From Vulcanimicrobiota bacterium (lineage in GTDB: Bacteria > Vulcanimicrobiota > Vulcanimicrobiia > Vulcanimicrobiales > Vulcanimicrobiaceae), in assembly GCA_963777315.1 (NCBI GenBank), contig CAVZQC010000005.1, positions 1 through 64,000 of the forward strand: a stretch of 64,000 bases of DNA. Direction: 5' to 3'. This document shows positions 1 through 9,245 of the stretch, one piece after another. The notes under the pieces were generated by a model that saw only the letters and a list, made by a program, of their open reading frames with translations, did no database searches and was not told the origin of the DNA. Made by a program: the position numbers and the translations under genes. Position 1 is the first letter of the stretch; each line of letters starts with the position of its first letter.

Positions 1-791
1 AACTCGAGTCGGACGCCGCCGCCGGCATGCGGCCGATGTGCGTGGTCGCCACCGCCGGCACGACTTCCACCACTTCGCGAGATCCGATCGAAGAAATAGC
101 CGGCATCGTGCGCGATCGAAACGTGTGGCTGCACGTCGATGCGGCCTATGCGGGCGTAGCGGCCATCATGCCGGAATACCGGTGGATACTCGGCGGCGCG
201 CAGTACGCCGACTCGGTGGTGGTCAATCCGCACAAATGGCTCTTCGTGCCGATGGATTGCTCGGCGCTCTACGTGCGCGATCCCGAGCTGCTGCGCCGCA
301 CGTTCAGTCTGGTACCGGAATATCTGCGCGCGCCCGAAGACACGGCGCGCAACTATATGGATTACGGGCTGCAGCTCGGCCGGCGCTTTCGCGCGCTCAA
401 ACTGTGGTTCGTGCTGCGGTACTTCGGCGCGCAGGGCTTGCGCGAACGGCTGCGCGAGCATATCGCCTTGGCGCAAGAGTTCGCGGGATGGGTTCGCGCG
501 CATTCTCCCTGGGAAGTCGTTGCTCCGCACCCGCTGTCCGTCGTATGTTTTCGGTACGCCCCTGCGCGGCTCTCGAACCGAGCGTTGGACGCGCTCAACG
601 CGCGCATCATGGAGGGCGTGAATCACAGCGGTGAAATGTTCATTTCGCATACCAAGATCGACGAACGGTTTGCGCTGCGAATGGCTATCGGCAATCTGCG
701 CACGGGCCGGGACGATGTGGCCCGGGCGTGGGAGTTGCTGCAGAAACAGGCCCTCGCGGCTTCGAGCGCCGGCAGCGCAGGCGAGGTATGA
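1..791 (+). CDS. PLP-dependent group II decarboxylase (aromatic-L-amino-acid decarboxylase-like), 5' end outside window
   Basis: Motifs VVATAGTT, WLHVDAAYAG, NPHKWL (PLP Lys) and LGRRFRALKLWF. Confidence 0.9.
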   Translation, partial: LESDAAAGMRPMCVVATAGTTSTTSRDPIEEIAGIVRDRNVWLHVDAAYAGVAAIMPEYRWILGGAQYADSVVVNPHKWLFVPMDCSALYVRDPELLRRTFSLVPEYLRAPEDTARNYMDYGLQLGRRFRALKLWFVLRYFGAQGLRERLREHIALAQEFAGWVRAHSPWEVVAPHPLSVVCFRYAPARLSNRALDALNARIMEGVNHSGEMFISHTKIDERFALRMAIGNLRTGRDDVARAWELLQKQALAASSAGSAGEV

Positions 792-851
792 GCGGGCCGA
801 GTGGCGGATATCGCGCGAAAGCGCTCAGCCTCGAGGTGCTGCCGGTTGAAG

Positions 852-2753
852 ATGCACGTTCTGGTAGTCGAAGACAGCGTCGCGGACGCCGGACTGATTC
901 GTGAGTTCCTAAAGGACGGCGAAAATACGAGCGAAGTTCATACGGCATCGCGCTTGAACGACGCCGTCGACATCGCCGGGCGTCAAGCGCTCGATGCGAT
1001 CCTGCTCGACGTGTCGCTGCCGGACGCACAAGGGCTCGAGGCCGTGCGGCGCATGCGGGCCGCCGTTTCGCACGTGCCCATCGTCGTTCTGAGCGACGTG
1101 GAGGATGACTCGGCTGCAACGCAGGCGGTCAAGGCGGGAGCGCAGGACTATCTGGTAAAGGCGCAGCTCGATGGAGTATCGCTGCGGCGCGCCGTGGGAT
1201 ACGCGATCGAGCGACAGCAGCTGCTCGACAGATTGGCCAAGAGCGAAGCGCGCCTGCAGGAAGAGAACGCCATCCTGCGCCGGTTGACCGATGCCGCCGC
1301 GCGAGTTTTCGCAACTCTGGACGTGCGGGCCGTCGTCGGTTTGCTCGCAGCCGAAGCCAGGCGGCTCTGGGGCGGAAGCGTCGTGCTGTATGCGTTGCGT
1401 TCCTCGGGCGAGCTGGTGTGCGCGGAAACCTCCGGAAGCCGCCCTGCGGCAGATGCCTTTTTAAGCGAAGCGTTCGGTTTGCAGCGTCCCGTGCTCGCCC
1501 AAGATCGGCTGCGTTTGGCGCTCCCGATAGCGGGTACGAGCGGCCGCAACGAATGGATTTTGGACATCCGGAGCAGCGGCGATCGTTTCGGCGAGAACGA
1601 CGTCTTCGCGCTCGAACTGCTTCGCCAGTACGTGGGCATAGCGATTCAGAACGTCGCCTTGTTCGGGGAGCTGCAAAGTCAGCGCGCAAGCGTCATTCAG
1701 CTCAATCAGCTCAAGGACGATCTCATTGCGGTGCTCGCGCACGATTTCAAGGGGCCGCTCACGACGATCATCGGCTTTACCGAACTGCTCGAACAGCATG
1801 CGCTCGAGGGGGACGATGCCGAGGGCGCTCTTCGAACGATTCGCCAATCCGCTACCCGGCTCGCGGGTTTGGCCAACGATACGCTGGCCCTTTCGCGCGT
1901 GGAGCAGGGCGAGCTGAATTTGGGCGCCGATCCGGTGAACCTTGCGGACATCGTCCAAGAGACGATTCAGGCAGTGGAGTCCGAGCGGCAGATCGATCTT
2001 GCAGTAAGCGCACAAGATCCCGTCGTCCGCGGGGATCCGGCGCGGTTGCGCCAAGTCTTCGAAAACGTTATCGGCAACGCGATCAAATATTCAGCGCCTG
2101 AGCGGCCCGTCGAAGTGCGGCTTTCCGAAACGGAGAGCACCGTTCGGGTGGCCATCCACGATCGCGGCATCGGCATTCCCGCCGACGAGATGAAATTCTT
2201 GTTCGAGCGTTTCACGCGAGCATCAAACGCCAAGCGATCGCGAATAAAAGGAACGGGGCTCGGATTATATTTGGCCAAGACGCTCGTCGAGCGCCACGGC
2301 GGCAATATCGAGGTACAGAGCGAGTTGAGCCACGGCAGCACCTTTACGGTCGTGCTTCCGCGAATCCGTGACGGCTTGGGCGGCGTGCTGCGCGTGGCGG
2401 CGGTGACTGCCGACGATAACCTCGGACCGTACGTCATGCATGAATTGCGCACGCACGGTATAGCGTGCCGGCGCGACAAGACGCTCACCGCGCTGTTGGA
2501 ACGTATGGACGTGGAGTCGGCGGATATCGTTATCGTGGACCGCGATACGATCACCGCCGATGTATCGGGGCTATTCCAGCGTGCGTTCTCGGCAAAGCCG
2601 CGCGTGGGCCTGATCCGTATCGGGGCCTCCGGCTGTCCCGGCGAGCCGCCGGACTCGCAATGGGACGTCGTGCTGCCCAATCCGTTTCTGCGCACGGACC
2701 TGCAGGAAGCTATCGCGCAGGCCGATCGGCTTCGTTTGGACGGCGTTTCTTGA
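852..2753 (+). CDS. Hybrid sensor kinase (REC - GAF-like - HisKA - HATPase - degenerate REC)
   Basis: MHVLVVED...ILLDVSLPD receiver; H-box LAHDFKGPL; N-box NAIKYS; G-boxes DRGIG and GTGLGL. Start moved to the ATG at 852. Confidence 0.9.
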   Translation: MHVLVVEDSVADAGLIREFLKDGENTSEVHTASRLNDAVDIAGRQALDAILLDVSLPDAQGLEAVRRMRAAVSHVPIVVLSDVEDDSAATQAVKAGAQDYLVKAQLDGVSLRRAVGYAIERQQLLDRLAKSEARLQEENAILRRLTDAAARVFATLDVRAVVGLLAAEARRLWGGSVVLYALRSSGELVCAETSGSRPAADAFLSEAFGLQRPVLAQDRLRLALPIAGTSGRNEWILDIRSSGDRFGENDVFALELLRQYVGIAIQNVALFGELQSQRASVIQLNQLKDDLIAVLAHDFKGPLTTIIGFTELLEQHALEGDDAEGALRTIRQSATRLAGLANDTLALSRVEQGELNLGADPVNLADIVQETIQAVESERQIDLAVSAQDPVVRGDPARLRQVFENVIGNAIKYSAPERPVEVRLSETESTVRVAIHDRGIGIPADEMKFLFERFTRASNAKRSRIKGTGLGLYLAKTLVERHGGNIEVQSELSHGSTFTVVLPRIRDGLGGVLRVAAVTADDNLGPYVMHELRTHGIACRRDKTLTALLERMDVESADIVIVDRDTITADVSGLFQRAFSAKPRVGLIRIGASGCPGEPPDSQWDVVLPNPFLRTDLQEAIAQADRLRLDGVS

Positions 2754-2757
2754 ACCG

Positions 2758-4017
2758 TTATAGGATCTGTTTTATCACGTAGAAGACCGACAGTGCTCCG
2801 ATGATGACTACGGTGGCCCAGGCGATTGCGTTGGCCACGCCGGAGTTCACGTAACGCCCCATGACGCTCTTTTTGTTGACGATCAGCAGCATCAGCACGA
2901 GCTCCGGCGGCAACAGAATGCCTTGCAGCACTTGGGCGTAAATCGTGAATTTGAGATAGGGAATTCCCGGAATCAAAACGATTGCGGCGCCCGCGATGAG
3001 CCCGATGCCGAACAGACTGAAGAAGACCGGTGCTTCGGAGAGCTTGCGATCGACTGCAGCTTCGAACCCAAGCGCCTCGCAGATCACAAAACTGGTGGAC
3101 AACGGCAGCACGGTAGCGGCAAAGAGGCCGGCATTCAAAATTCCAAAAGCGAAAATAACGGACGCGAGTTCTCCGGCGAGCGGTTTGAGCGCGACGGCAA
3201 AGTCGGCGGCTTGCGCGGGCTCGATGTGCGCGCCGTGCTGGTTGGCGACGAATATCGTCGCGGCGTTTGCGACGATCATGAAGCCTGCTAGAGCGATCGC
3301 AAGCACCGAGCCGGTCACCACGTCCGCGCGCGCTAAGCCGATTTCGCTCTCGTCGGTCCCTTTTTCAACGACGGCCGACTGCAAGAAGAACTGCATGTAC
3401 GGCGAGATGGTCGTCCCGATGAGCCCCACCACCATAATCAGGTAGCCTAAATTGCGGAAATCGAGATCCGGACGCAGCGTGCCCGCGGCTACGGCGTGCC
3501 AATTCGGATGAGCCAGGACTGCGGATACGATGTAACTCAGGTAGACGAGCGACAGAACGACGAAGGTGCGCTCGACCGTTTTGTTGTTGAACCGCAGAAT
3601 GAACAGAAAAACGACCACGACGGAAAGCGGAACGGCAACGTATCGCGACACGTCGAACATCTCCGAAGCCGCCGCAATGCCGACGAACTCGGTGGCCGTG
3701 ATTCCGGTGTTGATGAAGAACAGCGCGGCCATGGCAAAGAAGGAGATGCGTACGCCGAAGTTCTCGCGAATGAGCGCCGCCAGGCCTTTGCCGGTGACGG
3801 TGCCCATGCGGGTGGCCATCTCCTGTACGACGATCAGCGAGATCGCAAGCGGAACGAGTACCCACAAAACCCGGTAGCCGAACAAGGCGCCGGCTTGAGA
3901 GTACGTCGCAATGCCGCCGACGTCGTTTCCTGCGGACGCGGTTACGAATCCCGGCCCCAAAACGCCCAGCAGAATGAGAAGCGAACGGCGCAGGTTTCGC
4001 TTGCGAACTACCGCCAC
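2758..4017 (-). CDS. Nramp-family divalent metal transporter, probably the Mg2+-type (NRMT) subgroup
   Basis: GPGFVTASAGNDVGGIATYS, QEMATRMG, TM6 GTTISPY; about 11 hydrophobic segments; in an operon under an M-box. Confidence 0.88.
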   Translation of the reverse strand: MAVVRKRNLRRSLLILLGVLGPGFVTASAGNDVGGIATYSQAGALFGYRVLWVLVPLAISLIVVQEMATRMGTVTGKGLAALIRENFGVRISFFAMAALFFINTGITATEFVGIAAASEMFDVSRYVAVPLSVVVVFLFILRFNNKTVERTFVVLSLVYLSYIVSAVLAHPNWHAVAAGTLRPDLDFRNLGYLIMVVGLIGTTISPYMQFFLQSAVVEKGTDESEIGLARADVVTGSVLAIALAGFMIVANAATIFVANQHGAHIEPAQAADFAVALKPLAGELASVIFAFGILNAGLFAATVLPLSTSFVICEALGFEAAVDRKLSEAPVFFSLFGIGLIAGAAIVLIPGIPYLKFTIYAQVLQGILLPPELVLMLLIVNKKSVMGRYVNSGVANAIAWATVVIIGALSVFYVIKQIL

Positions 4018-4026
4018 GCCGGTGGT

Positions 4027-5322
4027 TTATCCGGCGGCCGCCGGATGCGGCTGGCGGCGCGCCGTGATTCGCGGCAGCTCGCGGGCGAGATTTTCGGGCA
4101 TGATCGCGTCGATCGCGTCGTCGACGGTCACTATTCCCAGCATCTTGCCGTCGTCGCCGACCACCGGAACGGCGAGCAAGTCGTATCGGGCAATCGTCGC
4201 TGCGACGTCCCTGGACTGCGTGTTCGGTGAAACGGTCACCACGTCGCTCTGCATGATTCGCTCGATGCTCGCCTCCGGCTGCGCGAGCAGCAACGCGCGC
4301 AAGGTGACCACGCCCAACAGCCGGTCTTCTTTATCGAGCACGTACAGATAGTAGATGAATTCCGATTCCGGAGCTATTTCACGGATCTTGCGAATAGTCT
4401 GTTCCGCGGTGCGGTGCGGATAGATCCACGTGTAGTCGGTGGTCATCAGGCCGCCGGCGGTATCTTCCTCGTACTGCACGAGCTGGCGCAACTCGCCCGC
4501 GGTGTACTCGTTCATTTCCGCGAGCAGTTGCGATTGCTGCTCTTCGGACAACTCCGCCAGCAAATCCGCCGCATCGTCGGAATCCATTTCCTCGATGATG
4601 TCCGCGGCGCGTTCCGTTCCGATATCGCCGATAATCGAACGCTGACGTTCGGCATCGAGATGCTCGAGCGCGTCGGCGGCGGTTTCGTCGTCGAGCGAAT
4701 GGATGACGGCCGCAGCTTCGCGCGCGGAGAGATCGGTAATGATTTCGGCAAGTTCGCTGGGGTGCAGCTTGGCGAGCTTGCTCTCTTTGACCGAGAGCGT
4801 CACCTGCGAAGGATTTGCGTCGCGGATCGGCGCCACGGAGTTCCAGGCGATCATGGTACGCGGCACGTTTTCGTATATCCAGGGCGTGAAGCGCTTGCCG
4901 AACGATTTGAGCCCGAGCCTGCGCAGCAATCCGCTCACGCCGACGTCGGCGGCGACCACGCGCAATTTCCCGCCGGTATTCGCCAGTTCGATGTCGTTGA
5001 TGCGCACGACTTTACGGCCGTCGACGTCGACGATCTGCTTGTCGAGCAGATCGCTCACCAGGTAGAGCGCGTCTTCACCCGGCGGAGCCGCGGTTTTCGG
5101 CGCCCCCGTTAGCGCGACCGTGCCGTTCGCATCGACGTCGGCGACGCTTTCCATCGGTGCGAAACGCGCGCCTTGCGCGGTTTTGATCACCAGGCCGTCC
5201 ACTTGCGGAAACGTATCGTCCGGCTTGCTCACGAGGAAGTCGGCGACTTTGCCGATGGGCAGGTCGTTCACGGCCGCGCGCCGTCCCACGAGCTCGGAGA
5301 TGAAACCTTCCTGGAATGCCAT
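4027..5322 (-). CDS. MgtE cytosolic-part protein (PRC barrels + MgtE_N + CBS pair, no membrane domain)
   Basis: LHPSELAEII, MDSDDAADLL, YEEDTAGGLMT, GIVTVDDAID; the ORF ends right after the CBS pair; RBS AGGAGG. Confidence 0.88.
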   Translation of the reverse strand: MAFQEGFISELVGRRAAVNDLPIGKVADFLVSKPDDTFPQVDGLVIKTAQGARFAPMESVADVDANGTVALTGAPKTAAPPGEDALYLVSDLLDKQIVDVDGRKVVRINDIELANTGGKLRVVAADVGVSGLLRRLGLKSFGKRFTPWIYENVPRTMIAWNSVAPIRDANPSQVTLSVKESKLAKLHPSELAEIITDLSAREAAAVIHSLDDETAADALEHLDAERQRSIIGDIGTERAADIIEEMDSDDAADLLAELSEEQQSQLLAEMNEYTAGELRQLVQYEEDTAGGLMTTDYTWIYPHRTAEQTIRKIREIAPESEFIYYLYVLDKEDRLLGVVTLRALLLAQPEASIERIMQSDVVTVSPNTQSRDVAATIARYDLLAVPVVGDDGKMLGIVTVDDAIDAIMPENLARELPRITARRQPHPAAAG

Positions 5323-5387
5323 CGCCGTTCACCTCCTTTGCAAAAAAAGACTGTCTTTGCAGGAACAGCCTCGCGCGGTGAACGGCG
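5323..5387 (-). promoter_or_regulatory. Riboswitch expression platform: RBS-sequestering hairpin
   Basis: Perfect 11-bp inverted repeat, 5377-5387 vs 5323-5333. In the RNA, CGCCGUUCACC pairs with GGUGAACGGCG, which covers the 3' part of the SD up to the AUG. Confidence 0.75.
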
Positions 5388-5396
5388 CTATACCCC

Positions 5397-5958
5397 AGTC
5401 GCGAACTGCTTCGACACCACGCATCGTAGAAGACCTTCGCGGTTGCTTTTGCCCGTCTGTGTCGTTCCTCGACGGCTTACGTGCCTTCGCACGCTGCACC
5501 GTCGAGCGCCTAACAGCCGGCGCAAAATCATTCCGCGATTCGCCGCGGTTGCTTTTGCCCGCCCGTGTCGTTCCTCGACGGCTTACGTGCCTTCGCACGC
5601 TGCACCGTCGAGCGCCTAACAGCCGGCGCAAAATCATTCCGCGATTCGCCGCGGTTGCTTCTGGCCGTCCGTGTCGTTCCTCGACGACAGCCGGCGCAAA
5701 ATTCATTCCGCGATTCGCCGCGGTTGCTTCTAGCCGCCTGTGTCGTTCCTCGACGGCAGCCGGCGCAAAATCATTCCGCGATTCGTCGCGGTTGCTTTTT
5801 GCCGTCCGTGTCGTTCCTCGACGGCAAAAAGCAGTTCGCGAGTCTTCAGCCGCATTAGACATCGCCTTGTCTCGGCGCAGTCTGGTCTACCCGCTTGGCG
5901 TCTCTCGACGTTTCGGGGCAGCGGCGTGTGTATTGCGTGGACGCCTCACCTAGCGAGG
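5397..5958 (-). ncRNA. M-box (ykoK) Mg2+ riboswitch aptamer, interrupted by a 407-nt insertion in P6
   Basis: Minus strand reads CUCGCUAGGUGAGGCGUCCACGCA...CGCCGCUGCCCCGAAACGUCGAGAGACGCCAAGCGGGUAGACCAG...AAGGCGAUGUCUAAUGCGGCUGAAGAC, then after the insert GUCUUCUACGAUGCGUGGUGUCGAAGC...GCGA. P2 (CCACGCA/UGCGUGG) and P6 (GAAGAC/GUCUUC) pair. It lies upstream of an mgtE-like gene. Confidence 0.88.
5438..5841. repeat. Modular palindromic tandem repeat (A-B-C, A-B-C, A-C, A-C, A)
   Basis: 39-nt unit CGCGGTTGCTT..GCC..C.GTGTCGTTCCTCGACG(G/A)C starts at 5438, 5544, 5650, 5719 and 5787 (periods 106, 106, 69, 68). The linkers are also repeated, so there are no unique spacers. Confidence 0.95.
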
Positions 5959-6011
5959 TATCCTTCTTTCAAGTATAGGCTGGCGCGTCAACCCCCGAAT
6001 TAGCGGGCCTG

Positions 6012-6501
6012 CTACGGCCCCACGACGATTACGCCGATTTGGCCCACGCCGATGTGGTAGCCGCACGCGTAGAAGTAATGTCCCACGCGTTTAGCTGACG
6101 AAGACCGGCGACTTTCCGCCGTGCGCGCGAACGTTTCCCGTGCTCCACTCGCTCGCGTCGATGATCCGCCCGTGCGGTTTGGTGAAATCGCCTTGGAATG
6201 TGTAATGCGCAGGCACGGTCTGTCCGCTGTACGACATGCCCGTTGCCGTGTGATTTTCATCGTCCGGATTGACCCATTGGATCTTGTCGCCCATGTGGAC
6301 GTGCACTTCAGCGGGGTCGTATCCCTTGAGCTCGCCGAAGCTGGATCGTTTGTGAGGTCGAAAATCCAGGTCCATGCGAATCGTCACCAAATGCGAAGCG
6401 CGGGCTGCATGGTGCGCGGCCGGCGCAGCGGCGTGCGCCGCGCTCAGCATGGAGGCCGCCAACGCGGCGGCCCCCAATGCGGACAACACTGACGTACGCA
6501 T
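6012..6501 (-). CDS. Secreted cupredoxin (plastocyanin/azurin-like), apparent +1 frameshift near 6096
   Basis: Signal peptide; YDPAEVHVHMGDKIQWVN, ENHTATG; the C-terminal GHYFYACGYHIGVGQIGVIVV lies in the adjacent frame. Confidence 0.8.
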
Positions 6502-7010
6502 CAGCTGCCGCCCGGAAGCGCGACGGGTACGTCTTTGATGTTGGCTCCCTGCGATTGCGCCTGCGCTTGCTCGGACGCGGTCGCGCTCTGGAGACCTTCG
6601 ATATCTTGCGGATTGAAATGACCCGACTTGAGCCTTTGTCCGACCGACGCGAAGGAGGACGTCAGTCCGCCCAGGCCTGCATCGAGCTTCTGCAGGAGCG
6701 GGTCTTTGCTTTTTTGCGCGATCTTCTCGGAAACTTTGACTTCGTGGACCGCGAACAGCAAAGCAGCGCCGCCCTTGACGATTGCGGCTACGCGATGCGG
6801 AGCGCCCTGCGCGAAGTCGCCCTCGCGGTACGGATTCATGACCCAGTGATGAAAACAGAAATAGGCGACGCCTAAATGCGCCAGAAAACGAGTCTTGTCC
6901 AAAAAGGCGGATGCGGGCTGCAAAGCGCCCGCGATCATCGCTGCGGCGAGTACTGCGGTTACGGTGAATCGTTTGAAGCGAGCTCTACTTATCATGGAAG
7001 AAGCCTCCAT
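6501..7010 (-). CDS. Hypothetical secreted protein
   Basis: Signal peptide ending QPASA; stop overlaps the cupredoxin ATG; the true start may be 6995. Confidence 0.7.
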   Translation of the reverse strand: MEASSMISRARFKRFTVTAVLAAAMIAGALQPASAFLDKTRFLAHLGVAYFCFHHWVMNPYREGDFAQGAPHRVAAIVKGGAALLFAVHEVKVSEKIAQKSKDPLLQKLDAGLGGLTSSFASVGQRLKSGHFNPQDIEGLQSATASEQAQAQSQGANIKDVPVALPGGS

Positions 7011-7048
7011 ACACGTGGCCTGAGCAGTTTTGCAACGAGTGGTCGAAG

Positions 7049-7360
7049 TTACAGCTTGCCGAGTATGCCTTTGGCAAAGCCGGGGGCAAAGTGTTCGAGA
7101 ATTTGCGGATTTGCGGTTATCAGTGAGATGGCTTTTTGTTTGAGATCCTGCGGGTTGGAACCGCTTTGCGAAAGCAGTCCCTCGATTTGCTGCGCGATTC
7201 CGCTCTGCCCGCTCTGCGCCGCATTTCCTGCGGCCGTTTGCAAGTGCTCGCGGACTTGGGACGGATCCATCGTCGAAACGTGATCCGACGCGGCCTGCGC
7301 AACGGCTGCGGAGTCGGCTCCGGTAACGCGGCCGAGCAGGTTTTGGACTTCATCGAACAT
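7049..7360 (-). CDS. Hypothetical helical protein
   Basis: GGAGG RBS before MFDEVQNLLG; co-oriented with its neighbours. Confidence 0.7.
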   Translation of the reverse strand: MFDEVQNLLGRVTGADSAAVAQAASDHVSTMDPSQVREHLQTAAGNAAQSGQSGIAQQIEGLLSQSGSNPQDLKQKAISLITANPQILEHFAPGFAKGILGKL

Positions 7361-7372
7361 TGCGTCCTCCAA

Positions 7373-7795
7373 TTATTTTTTGGCCGATTGTGCTCCGCTT
7401 TTTGCCCATTCCACGTCTTCTTTGACGTTTGCGATGGTTTGCTCGGGAACCAGCGGCGTTGCTTGTCCGATCTTGTTTTTACCGAGCAGCGCGAGCGTTG
7501 CGGCGATAATGGCCCAGACGACCGTGACGATCAGCGCTGCCAGCCACGTCGCCACGACCAGCGAAAGCGCGATGATCGCCAGCGCCGTAAGCGATCCCAG
7601 CATCAACAGCGCCGCAATCGCCGAACCGCTGAGCATTCCGGCGCCGACGCCGGCGGTTTTTGCCTTTTCGGTCAGCTCCATCCGTGCCAGTTCCATCTCC
7701 TTTTTGACCAGCAGCACTACGTCTTCGGACAACCGCTTTACGCTGTCGGCCAGACCTTCGTGCTCGGCGCGAGAGCCGGTGTCGGAATTATTCAT
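7373..7795 (-). CDS. Phage-holin-like (holin-X/YhjD-type) membrane protein
   Basis: LSEDVVLLVKKEMELARMEL, two TM helices, PEQTIANVKEDVEW. Confidence 0.8.
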   Translation of the reverse strand: MNNSDTGSRAEHEGLADSVKRLSEDVVLLVKKEMELARMELTEKAKTAGVGAGMLSGSAIAALLMLGSLTALAIIALSLVVATWLAALIVTVVWAIIAATLALLGKNKIGQATPLVPEQTIANVKEDVEWAKSGAQSAKK

Positions 7796-7873
7796 CGTGC
7801 GAATCCTCTCGTGGTTGGATGCACCGAACGTACCCACTTGCACGGTCCGATTCATCATGGCAAAAGCAAGCGG

Positions 7874-8178
7874 CTAAGGCTGTCTGCCGACCGCCCGGAC
7901 ACGTTGCCAGGCGGTCCAGATGAAGATTGCCACGGCCGCAGGCTGAGCGACGGCAGACGCGACGAGCAATGCTTGCGCCGCCGACGTTTTCCAGGTGAGC
8001 TCGTACCACGGTTCGACCACCACGCGTACGACCAGGCCGCCGTTCAAAAGCCAAAAGCACGCCCATACCGCGAACACAGGCCGAACGCTTCGAGCGCCAG
8101 CAGAACGCTGCCGAGCACGAACGTCAGCGCCAAATACGCCAAACCGGCTTTTACGAAGGCGCGCGCTTCACGCGGCAT
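7874..8178 (-). pseudogene. Oxidase-associated membrane protein, frame broken near 8080
   Basis: MPREARAFVKAGLAYLALTFVLGSVLLALEAFG from ATG 8178 is out of frame with the hydrophobic C-terminal part (VFAVWACFWLLNGGLVVRVVVEP...); the span is 305 nt. Confidence 0.55.
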
Positions 8179-8199
8179 GTCGCTGCGGCGGCGAAACCG

Positions 8200-9078
8200 T
8201 TATCGGGCGCGCTGCACTTGCCCGGGCGTTATGGTGGGGCCGTGATTGCCCCATGAGGTTCGCTCGTGGTCGATGACAGCGGCGATCTGCTCGTCGCTGA
8301 GCTGCGATGCGAACGCCGGCATCGCAGCCGAGTAATGAACGCCCCCGATCGCTTTCCCGGACAGACCGTGCAGCACGATCGTTATGTGAGCGCCGGCATC
8401 GCTGCCGTTGACGACCGGATCGTTTGCGAGCGGTGGGAAGGTTCCCGGCACTCCGGTTCCGGCTTGCCCGTGACACGACTGGCAGTTCTGCGCGTACACT
8501 TGCGCGCCCAGCGTTGCGTAATCGAAGCCCGCAACGTTTTTGCTGCCCACGGCGGCATTGTGCGCGACGGCCGCCGGCGCGTTGGGCGCGGTTTGTGTAG
8601 CCGGCGCGTTTGCTTGAGCCAAGCCGGGATTCTGCGCGAACGTCGGAGTCTGCGCGAAGGCCGCGGGCGTGGGAAAGTACTCGATTCCATACCATACCGC
8701 CCAGCCTGCGACGATCGCAAAGAATACCCACGTCCACACGGGAACCGGGCCCGAAGATTCGGCCCGCACCGGATCGAACGGCTCGTCGGATCCGAATGCA
8801 TTGATGTCGAGCTCGACGGCTCCGCGAACGCGCGAGCCGGCGCGCAGGCCGGTGACGGTTATGCCGGGACCGTTGGCGACGACGAACGGGATCCTTCGCA
8901 CGCCGACGTTTCCGACTGCGTCCATGGCTTGGATCCGCACTTCGTGTTCGCCGTCGGCCAATGCCGTCGTGTCGAGTCGAACTTTCGCCGGCGGCCTGTA
9001 CGTTGCGATCGGTTCGAGCGCATCGTCGATGAAAACGCTGACCGAAACCGGCTCGGCGGAAGCAAGCGGCTCCTGCAT
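8200..9078 (-). CDS. Membrane-anchored cytochrome c with N-terminal Ig-like domain
   Basis: CQSCH heme motif, FPPLA, distal Met in AMPAF; N-terminal LADGEHEVRIQAMDAVGN Ig-like segment; one TM helix. Confidence 0.85.
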   Translation of the reverse strand: MQEPLASAEPVSVSVFIDDALEPIATYRPPAKVRLDTTALADGEHEVRIQAMDAVGNVGVRRIPFVVANGPGITVTGLRAGSRVRGAVELDINAFGSDEPFDPVRAESSGPVPVWTWVFFAIVAGWAVWYGIEYFPTPAAFAQTPTFAQNPGLAQANAPATQTAPNAPAAVAHNAAVGSKNVAGFDYATLGAQVYAQNCQSCHGQAGTGVPGTFPPLANDPVVNGSDAGAHITIVLHGLSGKAIGGVHYSAAMPAFASQLSDEQIAAVIDHERTSWGNHGPTITPGQVQRAR

Positions 9079-9245
9079 CAGCGGTCGTCCCGAAGTATCA
9101 GATTTTTCGGATGCTGCGATTCGGTCTCGCCGGGGTGTATGGTCCAATACGCCGCAGCGGCGATCGTCCACAGCGTGGCCGCCGTTCCCACCGCGATCAC
9201 GATCCATCCCAGCGGATCGGAGTGCACCGGCTGCATGGGCATCAT
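9078..9245 (-). CDS. 55-aa single-TM protein (CcoQ-like position)
   Basis: MMPMQPVHSDPLGWIVIAVGTAATLWTIAAAAYWTIHPGE...; start and stop overlap both neighbours. Confidence 0.6.
   Translation of the reverse strand: MMPMQPVHSDPLGWIVIAVGTAATLWTIAAAAYWTIHPGETESQHPKNLILRDDR

Noticed and set aside
5438..5841. CRISPR array
   Set aside because: The segments between the 39-nt units are themselves repeated, the units vary internally, spacing is irregular (106/106/69/68), and no cas genes are in the window.
5120..6003. ORFs over the repeat (5120-5953, 5329-5862 and others)
   Set aside because: They are translations of the riboswitch and repeat, with no protein-like features.
7373..7795. Prophage implied by the holin-like gene
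   Set aside because: This family is commonly chromosomal, and no endolysin or virion genes are nearby.
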